DNA of 63,166 nucleotides, filler included, from an uncultured Synergistales bacterium (lineage in GTDB: Bacteria; Synergistota; Synergistia; Synergistales; Aminobacteriaceae), in assembly GCA_937897575.1 (NCBI GenBank). It is 8 parts of 8 records of this genome, joined end to end, with 100 filler letters (N's around TTAATTAATTAA, not from the genome) between each part and the next. Parts side by side here need not be neighbours in the genome. Positions count along the whole stretch, not along the records: positions 1 to 18,459 come from CALCQG010000007.1; 7 more parts are not named here. One strand, written 5' to 3'. Positions 9,931 through 18,559 of the stretch are shown here, piece by piece. A model generated the notes under the pieces. That model did no database searches, had not been told where the DNA came from, and saw only the letters and a program-made list of their open reading frames with translations. Within the stretch, counting starts at the first letter, position 1; each line of letters begins with the position of its first letter. A program made the position numbers and the translations under genes.

Positions 9931-10574
9931 AACCGCTAAAACCCACCTCACAGAACCTTGCCGTTACTGCATTTACTGATAGCATAGCACCATATTCCTT
10001 ATTTGTCAATCTAGCGCGGCAATAAAGAATCATAACCTGAATTCAGAATACAAGTGCACCTCTTTACCTTGAGGCGTACTTGTATTGACTGTTTCATAAT
10101 CCCCCATCAGGCCTCTTTGCTCCGTATACCTCAGACCAAAGAGGGAGATGGAGCACGTATTCTATGTTGTAGGGTTCCTGATATCATCAAATGAAAGAAA
10201 AAATGGAGTTATTCCCATTCAGTGTTTGCCTGTCAATAATTGTTCAATCGTTAAGTCAAAAATTCCGATTAAACATAATATATTTGACGAGTATGTTGTT
10301 TAAGCTTGTCAAAAAATATTGCAGGAGAGATACTTGATTATACGGTCTCATTATTATCTTTAGCTGGCAATTGATGCGAATCTAGGGTGTTGTCCGGTCT
10401 CTCATTTATGTTTCCAATAGAAAAAGGCAACGGGGTTGAAGCAAAGTCACGTTTATCAGGCGGCAGCAAGTTTTATTGCCCCATTCACCGGCTTTCCGCA
10501 CATTTCAAGAGCGTCCTGCATGCGGGACCTGAGAATGAGGAAATAAACTTTTTAGAAAGGACTGGTGAGAAAAG

Positions 10575-12956
10575 GTGCCTGTCCCCAATCTCTCCGAGTT
10601 TTTTTACACCGTTTTCGGCAAAGTTCCATTTCCCTATCAGGAAAAGATGGCGTCCGGACCGTGGCCCGATGTACTGGAGATTCCTACCGGTCTCGGCAAA
10701 ACTGCCACAGTGATATTCGCATGGATGGTAAAGCGCCTTCGAGAAGATGAAGAAACCCCGCGGAGACTGGTATATACCCTTCCCATGAGAGTACTCGTCG
10801 AGCAGACGTTCAATGAAGTGCGCCGGTGGATAGAGTCTCTGGAAAAAAAGGGACTTATACCCGAGGGACGGTTTTCCGCCTACAGGCTCCAGGGGGGAGC
10901 AGTCGACAAGGATTGGGACATCTATCCCGAACGGGAATCCGTCATTATCGGAACGCAGGACCAACTCCTGTCGCGGGCGCTGAATCGGGGGTACAGCATG
11001 AGCCGTTTCCGCTGGCCGGTTGACTTCGCCCTCCTGAACAACGATAGCCTGTGGGTTCTGGACGAAGTGCAGCTCATGGGCCCCGGACTTGCCACCACCG
11101 CCCAGCTTGAGGCGTTCCGCAGGCATTTCGGGACAGCCTTGCCGTGCAGGTCCCTCTGGATGAGCGCCACCTTCAAAAGTCAGTGGCTGGACACTGTAGA
11201 TTTCAAAACCACGGCAAAAAGTCTTGCCACCCTCTCCCTGAAGGAAGAGGACCTCGCATCGGAGGAAGTATCAAAGAGACTTAAAGCGAAGAAGACTCTC
11301 CATCTGTGCCCTGTGAGTGACTGGACAGACACGAAAAAAATCGCTGAGTTCATCCTAGAAAACCATGTTCCAGGGTCAAGAACCATAGCCGTTTTCAACA
11401 AAGTGCGCCGGGCCCAGGACGTTTACTCCCATCTTCAGACACTGTCTGGGAAAAAGAGTCAAAAACCCCTGTTCACCCTTCTGCACTCCAGATTTAGGCC
11501 CAATGACCGAAAGGAGGCGCTTGAGAGACTTCTTGCATCTCCCGGAGAGCACGGGACCATCTGCATCGCCACTCAGGCAATAGAAGCGGGAGTCGATGTT
11601 TCCTGCAATCTACTCGTCACCGACCTTGCTCCGTGGACCTCCCTCGTTCAGCGGTTCGGGAGATGCGACCGATTCGGAGAAAACGAAAACGCCCGGATTT
11701 TCTGGATTGCCCCCGATACTAAAAAGCGTGGCTGGAGCACCCCCTACGACGAAAACGACCTCTACCGGGCGTGGGATATTCTTAAAGGCCTTGAAGGAAA
11801 AAACGTCGCTCCCGCGAACCTTCCGAAAGTCACCGACGACATGAAGGAGGATGCCGTTCTCAGGAGAAAAGACGTCCTGGAACTTTTCGACACGACGAAC
11901 GACCTCATGGGTTTTGACGTGGATGTCTCCAGGTTCATACGGGATTCCGACGACCTTTCCGTTTCCGTCTTCTGGCGTGACCTTCAGGAAAACGGAAAAA
12001 CCGTACCGGATGAAACTCAGCCTGCTCCTGAAGAGCTTTGTTCCGCTCCGTGGCAGGAGGTGGCAACATTTCTGAAGGACAAAAGAGCGGCCTACCAGTG
12101 GGACCACCTGGAAAAAGAATGGAGCAAGGCTCCAGTCGTTCTCCCCGGCGCTCTGATTCTTCTGCCCGTGCAAGAAGGGGGATATTCCTCCGACCTTGGA
12201 TGGACCGGGAATAAGACTCACCGTCCCAGTGTCGTCCAGCGCGATGCGCTCCCGTATCCGGAAGGAGACGATGACGAACCCCTCACCGAAGACCTTTCGG
12301 AGAAGACTCTGGCGGAACACTCGAATGAAGTCCTCTGGGCAGTTGAGGAGCTCATCAAATCACTGGGCATCGGTGCCGTAATGGAACAGGCACTCAGAAA
12401 GGCCGCTCGATGGCACGATGCGGGCAAGGCCCACCCTGTGTTCCAGCGTTTTCTCGGCAATGGAGGAAAGAATGCTCAAACGAAAGTCCTGGCAAAAGGG
12501 AAAAGGGCTTCCAGGGAATTCGAGCGGAAGGGTTTCCGGCACGAACTTGCCTCAGCCTTGGCATTCCTGCAGAATGTGCCCGACAACGAAAGGGATACAG
12601 ATATGGAGAACCTCACGGCCTTCATTATCGCTGCTCACCACGGGAAACTCCGTCTTTCCATCCGGTCTATGCCCCATGAATCCTCTCCGCCCGGAACGGA
12701 CATACGCTTCGCTCGGGGGATATGGGAGGGAGACATCCTCCCTAGAACGGACCTCGGAGGAGGAGAAACCCTCGAAGAAACATCCGTGGACCTTTCGATT
12801 ATGGAGTTCGGCTCGGAGTCGTCTGGGCCAAGCTGGACTGAAAGAGTCCTCCGGCTTTTAGAGGACCCTGCCGTAGGCCCGTATCGCCTGGCGTTCGCCG
12901 AAAGCCTTCTCAGGATTTCCGACTGGCGGGCCAGCATGAGAGGGGAAACACTATGA
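10575..12956 (+). CDS. cas3: Type I-G Cas3 (N-terminal SF2 helicase, C-terminal HD nuclease)
   Basis: PTGLGKT, DEVQLM, MSAT, QRFGR, then WHDAGKAH, RHELAS, AAHHG, DWRAS. Confidence 0.93.
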   Translation: MPVPNLSEFFYTVFGKVPFPYQEKMASGPWPDVLEIPTGLGKTATVIFAWMVKRLREDEETPRRLVYTLPMRVLVEQTFNEVRRWIESLEKKGLIPEGRFSAYRLQGGAVDKDWDIYPERESVIIGTQDQLLSRALNRGYSMSRFRWPVDFALLNNDSLWVLDEVQLMGPGLATTAQLEAFRRHFGTALPCRSLWMSATFKSQWLDTVDFKTTAKSLATLSLKEEDLASEEVSKRLKAKKTLHLCPVSDWTDTKKIAEFILENHVPGSRTIAVFNKVRRAQDVYSHLQTLSGKKSQKPLFTLLHSRFRPNDRKEALERLLASPGEHGTICIATQAIEAGVDVSCNLLVTDLAPWTSLVQRFGRCDRFGENENARIFWIAPDTKKRGWSTPYDENDLYRAWDILKGLEGKNVAPANLPKVTDDMKEDAVLRRKDVLELFDTTNDLMGFDVDVSRFIRDSDDLSVSVFWRDLQENGKTVPDETQPAPEELCSAPWQEVATFLKDKRAAYQWDHLEKEWSKAPVVLPGALILLPVQEGGYSSDLGWTGNKTHRPSVVQRDALPYPEGDDDEPLTEDLSEKTLAEHSNEVLWAVEELIKSLGIGAVMEQALRKAARWHDAGKAHPVFQRFLGNGGKNAQTKVLAKGKRASREFERKGFRHELASALAFLQNVPDNERDTDMENLTAFIIAAHHGKLRLSIRSMPHESSPPGTDIRFARGIWEGDILPRTDLGGGETLEETSVDLSIMEFGSESSGPSWTERVLRLLEDPAVGPYRLAFAESLLRISDWRASMRGETL

Positions 12957-15295
12957 ACATTCGTCTCGAAGGGTGCGGAATAACCCCGCTGTCCGGATAC
13001 CTGAAAGCACTTGGCGTCATGAGGATAGTCTCACAACAGCTCGAACCTTCGATACAGGGTGCATGGAGAGGGGACTGTTTTATTCTCGTCGGCGCATTGG
13101 ATGAGGAGGGACTTTTGGATTTCCTCCTCAAAGAATACAGTCCCACGCCGATTGTGGCCCCATGGAACGGAGGAAGCGGCTTCAGCCCGAACGATGATAA
13201 AAAGGCCTTAAACGCTATTCTAGCTTTAGAAGACGAGCGATTTAAACCCTACATCTCCGTAATCCAAGAGATTCTTTCCTGGCCCGAAATACCGTCGCCT
13301 CCTAATACGGTGGAAAAGCTCCTGAGTTCCCTGGAGAAGGATGCAGGAAAAAAAGGGGATACGAAAAAAGGGGACGAAATCCGTGCATTGGCTGCGGAAA
13401 TACGCGCTTTTCCTCTAGGGAGCGACCCAATGCCTTTCCCGACGGATAAGGAGAAACTGAAAACGGTTCTTAAGAGCCTCGGGGGAAAAGATGCCCTGAA
13501 GAGTTCATCGCAGTGGAGAATGGCCGTCAAAAAAGGCGTCAGTATCATAAGCCAAGCGCAGCGTTCCTTTGAAAAGACAGTTCTGCTCAATGCGTGCAGG
13601 GCTCGCCTTCCCGAGGAAATGCTCGACTGGTTGGATGCTGCCTATGCCCTTACCGGGACTGATTCGGTTTCCTTTGCCCCGGTCCTCGCTACGGGAGCCA
13701 ACGATGGAAGGCTCGAGTTCACAAACAACTTCATGAAAAGGGTGCTCGATGTCTTGGTTTCCTTCCCCGAAGAGAAAAGCAGGGAGCTTCTGAAAGCTTC
13801 TCTTTTCGGCAGGGAAGCATCGGGTTTGATTGAGGGAAAGATAGGTTTCTACGACCCCGGGAGGGCAGGAGGGTACAACCAGGGAGCGGGGATAGAGAAA
13901 AAGGACTTTTTCATCAACCCGTGGGACTATGTCCTTCTCTTCGAGGGGCTCCCGATGCTTGCCGCCTCTGTTACCCGCAGAGCGGGACAGGCTGGAGCCT
14001 ATCTCAGTTCGCCCTTCACTACCCGCCACACGAGGGTAGGGTACGTTTCAGCCGGAGGAGAAAAGGACCGGAACGAGACCTGGCTCCCCGTATGGAACAA
14101 CCCAGCCAGCTACAGGGAAATACGATTCCTGTTCAGGGAGGGGCGCAGCACCCTGGGTAGAAAGGTCTCGAAAAGCGGGCTCGACTTCGCCCGTTCCACC
14201 CGAACCCTGGGTGTGGACAGAGGTATCCGCTTCTTCCAACGCTATGTCTACCTGGAGAGAAGAGGCAAAAATTACGTGGCCCTCCCTGCAGGCGTCATAG
14301 CCGTCAAAGAACGGAAGGACGTGGCCGTGCTCAACGAGGCGGATTTGCTCCTCCGTTCCCTGGACGGATTCCTCAGAGGCTTCGGACAGAATGTCCCCTC
14401 TGCATTCTCTGCGGCGAGACGAAGAATCGATGCCTGCCTCTTCGCCTGCGCTGAGGAGCCGAATCCGCGCCACTTCAGGAACCTTGTCCGCTCCTTCGGT
14501 GCCATGGAACAGCTCCTTGTGAAGATGGACAACAGCAATACGAAAAAATTGAAGAGACCGCTCACCGGACTCTCTCCCCGATGGATTGCCCTCTGCAGTG
14601 AAAAGGAAGACGGCCTTCCGGAGATTTTTCTTGCAGGCGCCCTCTCCTCAATAGAAGCATCCGAGAAAGTGGGACCGCTGAGGACTTATCTTTCGGGAGT
14701 GGATGCGCAGAACCCGCGTTCCTGGAGCAGGGACGGCCGCCGTTTCTGGAGCGGTGTCAGCCTCGAGGAAAGGCTCTGCCGCCTCGTGATGAGAAGGCAG
14801 ATGGATGCCGGGCGATTACGCGTTCCGACATTTCCGGCCGAAGGGCATCTCAGGCTCGACCCCGAACAGGTCGTTCCTTTCCTCGAAGAGAGGACCGATG
14901 ACGTCCTTCTGGAGGAGCTCCTCTGGGGCTTTCTCTGGATTGACTGGCGGAAAAACAGCCACGGGATGTTTCCCAAAGATGTCGGCGGTTACTCTGGCGG
15001 ACCTGCGGTCATTCCCAGAATTTGGGCGCTGATGAAACTCTGCCATACCTCCGACCGCATCGGGGACCGGGAGCTTCCTCTCGAACCGCGCATTGCCCAG
15101 AACCTCTTCGCGGGAAGGATGGAGGAGGCAGAGCGAATTGCGGTCATGCGCCTGAGAGGGTCCGGGTACATCCCTCACCCAGTGGCCTTTTCGGGGGCCA
15201 GTAAACCGCGGCGGATTCTGGCCAGCCTTCTTTTCCCCGTACGGGGGACCTTGCGGCTGGCAGGACTTGTATTGAAAAAAAGCAACGTATCATAA
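12953..15295 (+). CDS. csx17: Type I-G large subunit Cas8g (Csx17/Cas8u2)
   Basis: YLKALG, YSPTPIVAPWNGGSGF, GANDGRLEFTNNF, INPWDYVLLFEG, LGVDRGI. Confidence 0.88.
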   Translation: MNIRLEGCGITPLSGYLKALGVMRIVSQQLEPSIQGAWRGDCFILVGALDEEGLLDFLLKEYSPTPIVAPWNGGSGFSPNDDKKALNAILALEDERFKPYISVIQEILSWPEIPSPPNTVEKLLSSLEKDAGKKGDTKKGDEIRALAAEIRAFPLGSDPMPFPTDKEKLKTVLKSLGGKDALKSSSQWRMAVKKGVSIISQAQRSFEKTVLLNACRARLPEEMLDWLDAAYALTGTDSVSFAPVLATGANDGRLEFTNNFMKRVLDVLVSFPEEKSRELLKASLFGREASGLIEGKIGFYDPGRAGGYNQGAGIEKKDFFINPWDYVLLFEGLPMLAASVTRRAGQAGAYLSSPFTTRHTRVGYVSAGGEKDRNETWLPVWNNPASYREIRFLFREGRSTLGRKVSKSGLDFARSTRTLGVDRGIRFFQRYVYLERRGKNYVALPAGVIAVKERKDVAVLNEADLLLRSLDGFLRGFGQNVPSAFSAARRRIDACLFACAEEPNPRHFRNLVRSFGAMEQLLVKMDNSNTKKLKRPLTGLSPRWIALCSEKEDGLPEIFLAGALSSIEASEKVGPLRTYLSGVDAQNPRSWSRDGRRFWSGVSLEERLCRLVMRRQMDAGRLRVPTFPAEGHLRLDPEQVVPFLEERTDDVLLEELLWGFLWIDWRKNSHGMFPKDVGGYSGGPAVIPRIWALMKLCHTSDRIGDRELPLEPRIAQNLFAGRMEEAERIAVMRLRGSGYIPHPVAFSGASKPRRILASLLFPVRGTLRLAGLVLKKSNVS

Positions 15296-15313
15296 ATCTT
15301 GGAGGTGTTTTTC

Positions 15314-16339
15314 ATGTTCGAGCAGATGGGGAAAGTGCATCGTCTTTATTTCGAACAGGCCCTCAGGCCAGCGCAAGGAGAGCGATTCCAGCCCACCGGA
15401 TTCGCCGACCTCGGGGCGGCGGTCTATGAACTCCCCGACGGAAGGAGAAAACTCCTTCTCGAATCCGTCCAGTCCATGGCAAACCGTTTTGAAGCGGGCC
15501 TCCTCGGACCGGATGGAGACCTCTCCCCCGAATTCGAAGGACTTCCGTATATCAAGGCCAAACTGACTGGAGACACCGAAACCTTCGTGACCTCTCTCAC
15601 GGAGCCTCACCGGATAAACTCTCCATGGTTCATCAGTGACGACAACTTCAAGGTTGAATTTTCGAAGCGGTCCTCTTACACGAAGGGGTCTCCCCTCGAT
15701 TGGAGGAAAATAGGGAAAGCCATCTTCTTCTACGACTCCAACTCCCTTCTTCACGGATGTTTCCTCGCCAACCTTGAGGACGGAAGAATTAAGGCCCCCC
15801 GGGCTCTCTCCGCCTTTATTGAGGCCGATAACCCCAGGGAGGCCCTCTCCGGAGGAGTAAAGTTCAACCCCATCGACCCCACCGGGAAAATACGAGCCGC
15901 GAACTATGACAAAGACGTGTACGGAAACGTCCCCTTCCAGAGGATGGAGTACACTGCAGATAAGATTACCGCGTATTTCGGCCTTGACATCAGCCTCCTG
16001 AGAGGATACGGCCTCGAGAAGCCTGCATTTGAACTTCTTCTCGCCCTCGGACTGTACAAAGTGCGCCACTTCCTCGACGCCGGTGCAAGGCTCCGCACTG
16101 CCTGCGACCTTGTGCCCGACGGACCGGTGCTCTTCAGGAACCTGGACGGGTTTTCTCTTCCAGAAAAGGAAGAACTTCTTAAAAGCGTGCAGCAAAATAT
16201 AAAGGAATGCACCAAGGCCGGCCTTTTTGCCCAGCCTCCGGTGACCATGCTTGAAGTAAAAGCCGTCATAAAGAAGAAAAATGAAGAGACCGCGGAGGAA
16301 GAGGAGGAGACCGTCCTGACCGAGGATGAGGACTCTTGA
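15314..16339 (+). CDS. csb1: Type I-G Cas7 (Csb1/Cas7u)
   Basis: RFQPTGFADLG, LLESVQSMANR, EPHRINS, NSLLHG, LRTACDL. Confidence 0.9.
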   Translation: MFEQMGKVHRLYFEQALRPAQGERFQPTGFADLGAAVYELPDGRRKLLLESVQSMANRFEAGLLGPDGDLSPEFEGLPYIKAKLTGDTETFVTSLTEPHRINSPWFISDDNFKVEFSKRSSYTKGSPLDWRKIGKAIFFYDSNSLLHGCFLANLEDGRIKAPRALSAFIEADNPREALSGGVKFNPIDPTGKIRAANYDKDVYGNVPFQRMEYTADKITAYFGLDISLLRGYGLEKPAFELLLALGLYKVRHFLDAGARLRTACDLVPDGPVLFRNLDGFSLPEKEELLKSVQQNIKECTKAGLFAQPPVTMLEVKAVIKKKNEETAEEEEETVLTEDEDS

Positions 16340-16354
16340 TTGGAGGGTACGACC

Positions 16355-17779
16355 ATGCTTGACCTCGAATTCTTCTTTTCTGCGGGGAGGTATCATTCCA
16401 CTCCGTGGGGAAGAAACGTCAACGAGGGGGTTCCTGAATGGCCCCCTTCCCCTTACAGGCTGGCGAGAGCCCTGATTGACGTGTGGAAAAGAAAGCTTCC
16501 AGGCCTGCCCGAAGAACGTTTCCTGAAGGTACTGGAGGCAATATCCGGCACTCCGTCATTCAGTCTGCCTCCATGGTCTGAAGGGCACATCAGGGTCTGG
16601 CTGTCGAGCAACACGAAGGATCCAACCGCTCGGCAGCTGGTGTTCGACCCCTTTGTCGCCGTCCGCAGGGACACTCCCATCCGGATGCGCTTTAACACAA
16701 ACCCGACGGAGGAGACCCGGTCCGACCTCGCGGGGCTCCTTGAGCGGCTTGCTTACCTCGGGCGCTCGGAATCGTGGATTGAGGCCGCAGTAAGGGACAA
16801 TGGCCAATCCGAAGGCATTCAGTGGAACTGTCTCCCGGACGAAAATGCGACCCCTGACCGTTCCTCCCCCGTCTTCTGTCTTTCGAAACCGAAAGATGGT
16901 GACACGTCGGGGTGGTTCTCCTCCCTTTGCGTGACAACCGAAACCCTTCTCTCCGAGGGGCGCAGTTCTCCTTCGTTTTTACTGAGGACAAGGTACAGCC
17001 TCCCCATCGCCAGGGATTTGAATCATTCCCGTACACAGGTGACAAGGGCTGGGAAAGAGGTGCTGTGCGCGCTCTATGCCTTGTCCTCCAAGGTGCTGCC
17101 GAAAGTGGAGGAGACCCTTTCCTTCGCTGAACGCGTTCGGGCGTACCTTATGGGCATCCATAAAAAAATCTCGGGGGGCAATCCTGACGGCGTTTCTATC
17201 CGATTCAGCGGAAAGGACAGGGAAGGGAAGCCTCTGCAGGGACACCGGCATGCCTTTTTCCAGCCCATGGACATCGACGGAGACGGCAGGATAGACCACC
17301 TGTACATCCACTGTACGAAGCCTTTCTCAGACAGTGAAATACTGGCCCTCGACAGGCTGAAGACGGTCTGGCAGCCCAAGGGGCGTCCGGAGGTTCATTT
17401 CATCCTCGTCTCCCTCTCAGAACGGCACTCATCCCCGGCCTCCAAATGCTGGGAGAGTGCGACGCCCTTCGTGACGACCCGTCATTTCCGGAAGGGGAGA
17501 GGTTCCTACGGGGAATGGATAGAAGGAGAACTTCTGAGGGAAATGGACGCCCATGGCCTGCCAAGGCCTTCAAGCATTTCGCCCATGGCCGAGGTGAAAG
17601 GGAGGACGTCAAGAACACCGTGGTGGGCCTTCAAGAGGTCCAGGAAAGACACTCTACCCCTCAAGGGGCACGGGTTCCGCCTCGAATTTGAGGAGCCCGT
17701 ACAGGGATACTTTGCCCTTGGATCCCTCTGTCACTTCGGGCTCGGCCTCTTTGTTCCCCGCCCGGAAGACGAGGAATGA
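16355..17779 (+). CDS. csb2: Type I-G Cas5/Cas6 fusion Csb2
   Basis: GRYHSTPW, EWPPSPYRL, YLGRSESW, GHRHAF, WESATPF, LGSLCHFGLGLF. Confidence 0.9.
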   Translation: MLDLEFFFSAGRYHSTPWGRNVNEGVPEWPPSPYRLARALIDVWKRKLPGLPEERFLKVLEAISGTPSFSLPPWSEGHIRVWLSSNTKDPTARQLVFDPFVAVRRDTPIRMRFNTNPTEETRSDLAGLLERLAYLGRSESWIEAAVRDNGQSEGIQWNCLPDENATPDRSSPVFCLSKPKDGDTSGWFSSLCVTTETLLSEGRSSPSFLLRTRYSLPIARDLNHSRTQVTRAGKEVLCALYALSSKVLPKVEETLSFAERVRAYLMGIHKKISGGNPDGVSIRFSGKDREGKPLQGHRHAFFQPMDIDGDGRIDHLYIHCTKPFSDSEILALDRLKTVWQPKGRPEVHFILVSLSERHSSPASKCWESATPFVTTRHFRKGRGSYGEWIEGELLREMDAHGLPRPSSISPMAEVKGRTSRTPWWAFKRSRKDTLPLKGHGFRLEFEEPVQGYFALGSLCHFGLGLFVPRPEDEE

Positions 17780-17950
17780 CGCCTGCGCGAACCTGAAGCG
17801 TACACTAAAACCCCGGAGAGTCCACGATGGGGATGGAGTGAAGGTTCTCGAAGATTCGGCACCAGAAAATGCTTCGCAGAGAAGGGGAAAAAGGCGGTTC
17901 GCGGAAATGGACCTTGAAAACCTCATAGGCAGAGTATCGATAAGCATGGA
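17780..17950 (+). promoter_or_regulatory. CRISPR leader
   Basis: Non-coding 171 nt before repeat 1; inverted motif CGCGAACC (17786-17793) / GGTTCGCG (17896-17903) of the kind seen in I-C/I-G leaders. Confidence 0.7.
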
Positions 17951-18459
17951 GTAACGACCGGAGGGCAACCTCCGGCTCCATTGAAGCTCAAGCTTATGTG
18001 TATCAAGCAAATGTTAGCAACAGTAACGACCGGAGGGCAACCTCCGGCTCCATTGAAGCAACCGAGTCATCATCGAGTGGGTCGACCCGCGGGAGTAACG
18101 ACCGGAGGGCAACCTCCGGCTCCATTGAAGCCTCGGTGACCTTCCGGGGTTCTGGTCCTCGCCCGGTAACGACCGGAGGGCAACCTCCGGCTCCATTGAA
18201 GCCCGCAATCGAAACAGACCAGCACCGTGCACCCCGGTAACGACCGGAGGGCAACCTCCGGCTCCATTGAAGCTCCGAGTACTCCAGGTGATTGGACGCG
18301 AAGGAGTGCAACAACCGGAGGGCAACCTCCGGCTCCATTGAAGCCTAATCTCTCCGGGACGCGCGAATGTATGGGCTGTAACAACCGGAGGGCAACCTCC
18401 GGCCCCATTGAAGCCTAATCTCTCCGGGACGCGCGAATGTATGGGCTGTAACAACCGGA
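17951..18459 (+). CRISPR. CRISPR array with 37-nt repeat GTAACGACCGGAGGGCAACCTCCGGCTCCATTGAAGC; 7 full repeats plus 1 partial, 7 spacers of 33-35 nt; cut by the contig end
   Basis: Repeats start at 17951, 18023, 18095, 18166, 18237, 18308, 18378, 18448; hairpin CCGGAGG-gcaa-CCTCCGG; ATTGAAGC 3' end. Confidence 0.97.
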
Positions 18460-18559
18460 NNNNNNNNNNNNNNNNNNNNNNNNNNNNNNNNNNNNNNNNN
18501 NNNTTAATTAATTAANNNNNNNNNNNNNNNNNNNNNNNNNNNNNNNNNNNNNNNNNNNN
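18460..18559. other. Artificial contig linker; the same linker occurs at 25276-25375, 29002-29101, 31125-31224, 52910-53009, 57269-57368 and 61690-61789
   Basis: N-run + TTAATTAATTAA (stops in all six frames) + N-run; genes are truncated on both sides. Confidence 0.97.

Larger units (their letters stand above)
9931..18459. mobile_element. Putative genomic island carrying type I-G CRISPR-Cas (right end not in this contig)
   Basis: Starts at the broken tRNA; abrupt AT-rich stretch; cas genes use more A/T-ending codons than flanking genes; no integrase visible. Confidence 0.5.

Noticed and set aside
10091..10114. GTTTCATAATCCCCCATCAGGCCT as the missing 3' tRNA half
   Set aside because: CAGGCCT could pair with the acceptor strand, but there is no T-stem, no GTTCRA loop and no CCA.
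9927..10200. Group I intron in tRNA-Arg(CCU), as known in some Alphaproteobacteria
   Set aside because: No internal guide pairing with CCUCCU, no recognisable P/Q/R/S core and no 3' exon; tRNA-like sequence also continues past position 36.
11645..11680. Cas3 helicase motif VI reading QRFGRCDR as a sign of inactivation
   Set aside because: The key Gln and Arg residues are present and all other helicase and HD motifs are intact.
17998..18454. ORFs predicted across the CRISPR array
   Set aside because: These are translations of repeats and spacers.
18460..18559. Recurrent TTAATTAATTAA element flanked by Ns (seven copies)
   Set aside because: Artificial contig-joining spacer; it also invalidates any gene linkage across it, such as CRISPR array to nnr or arsC to hutI.
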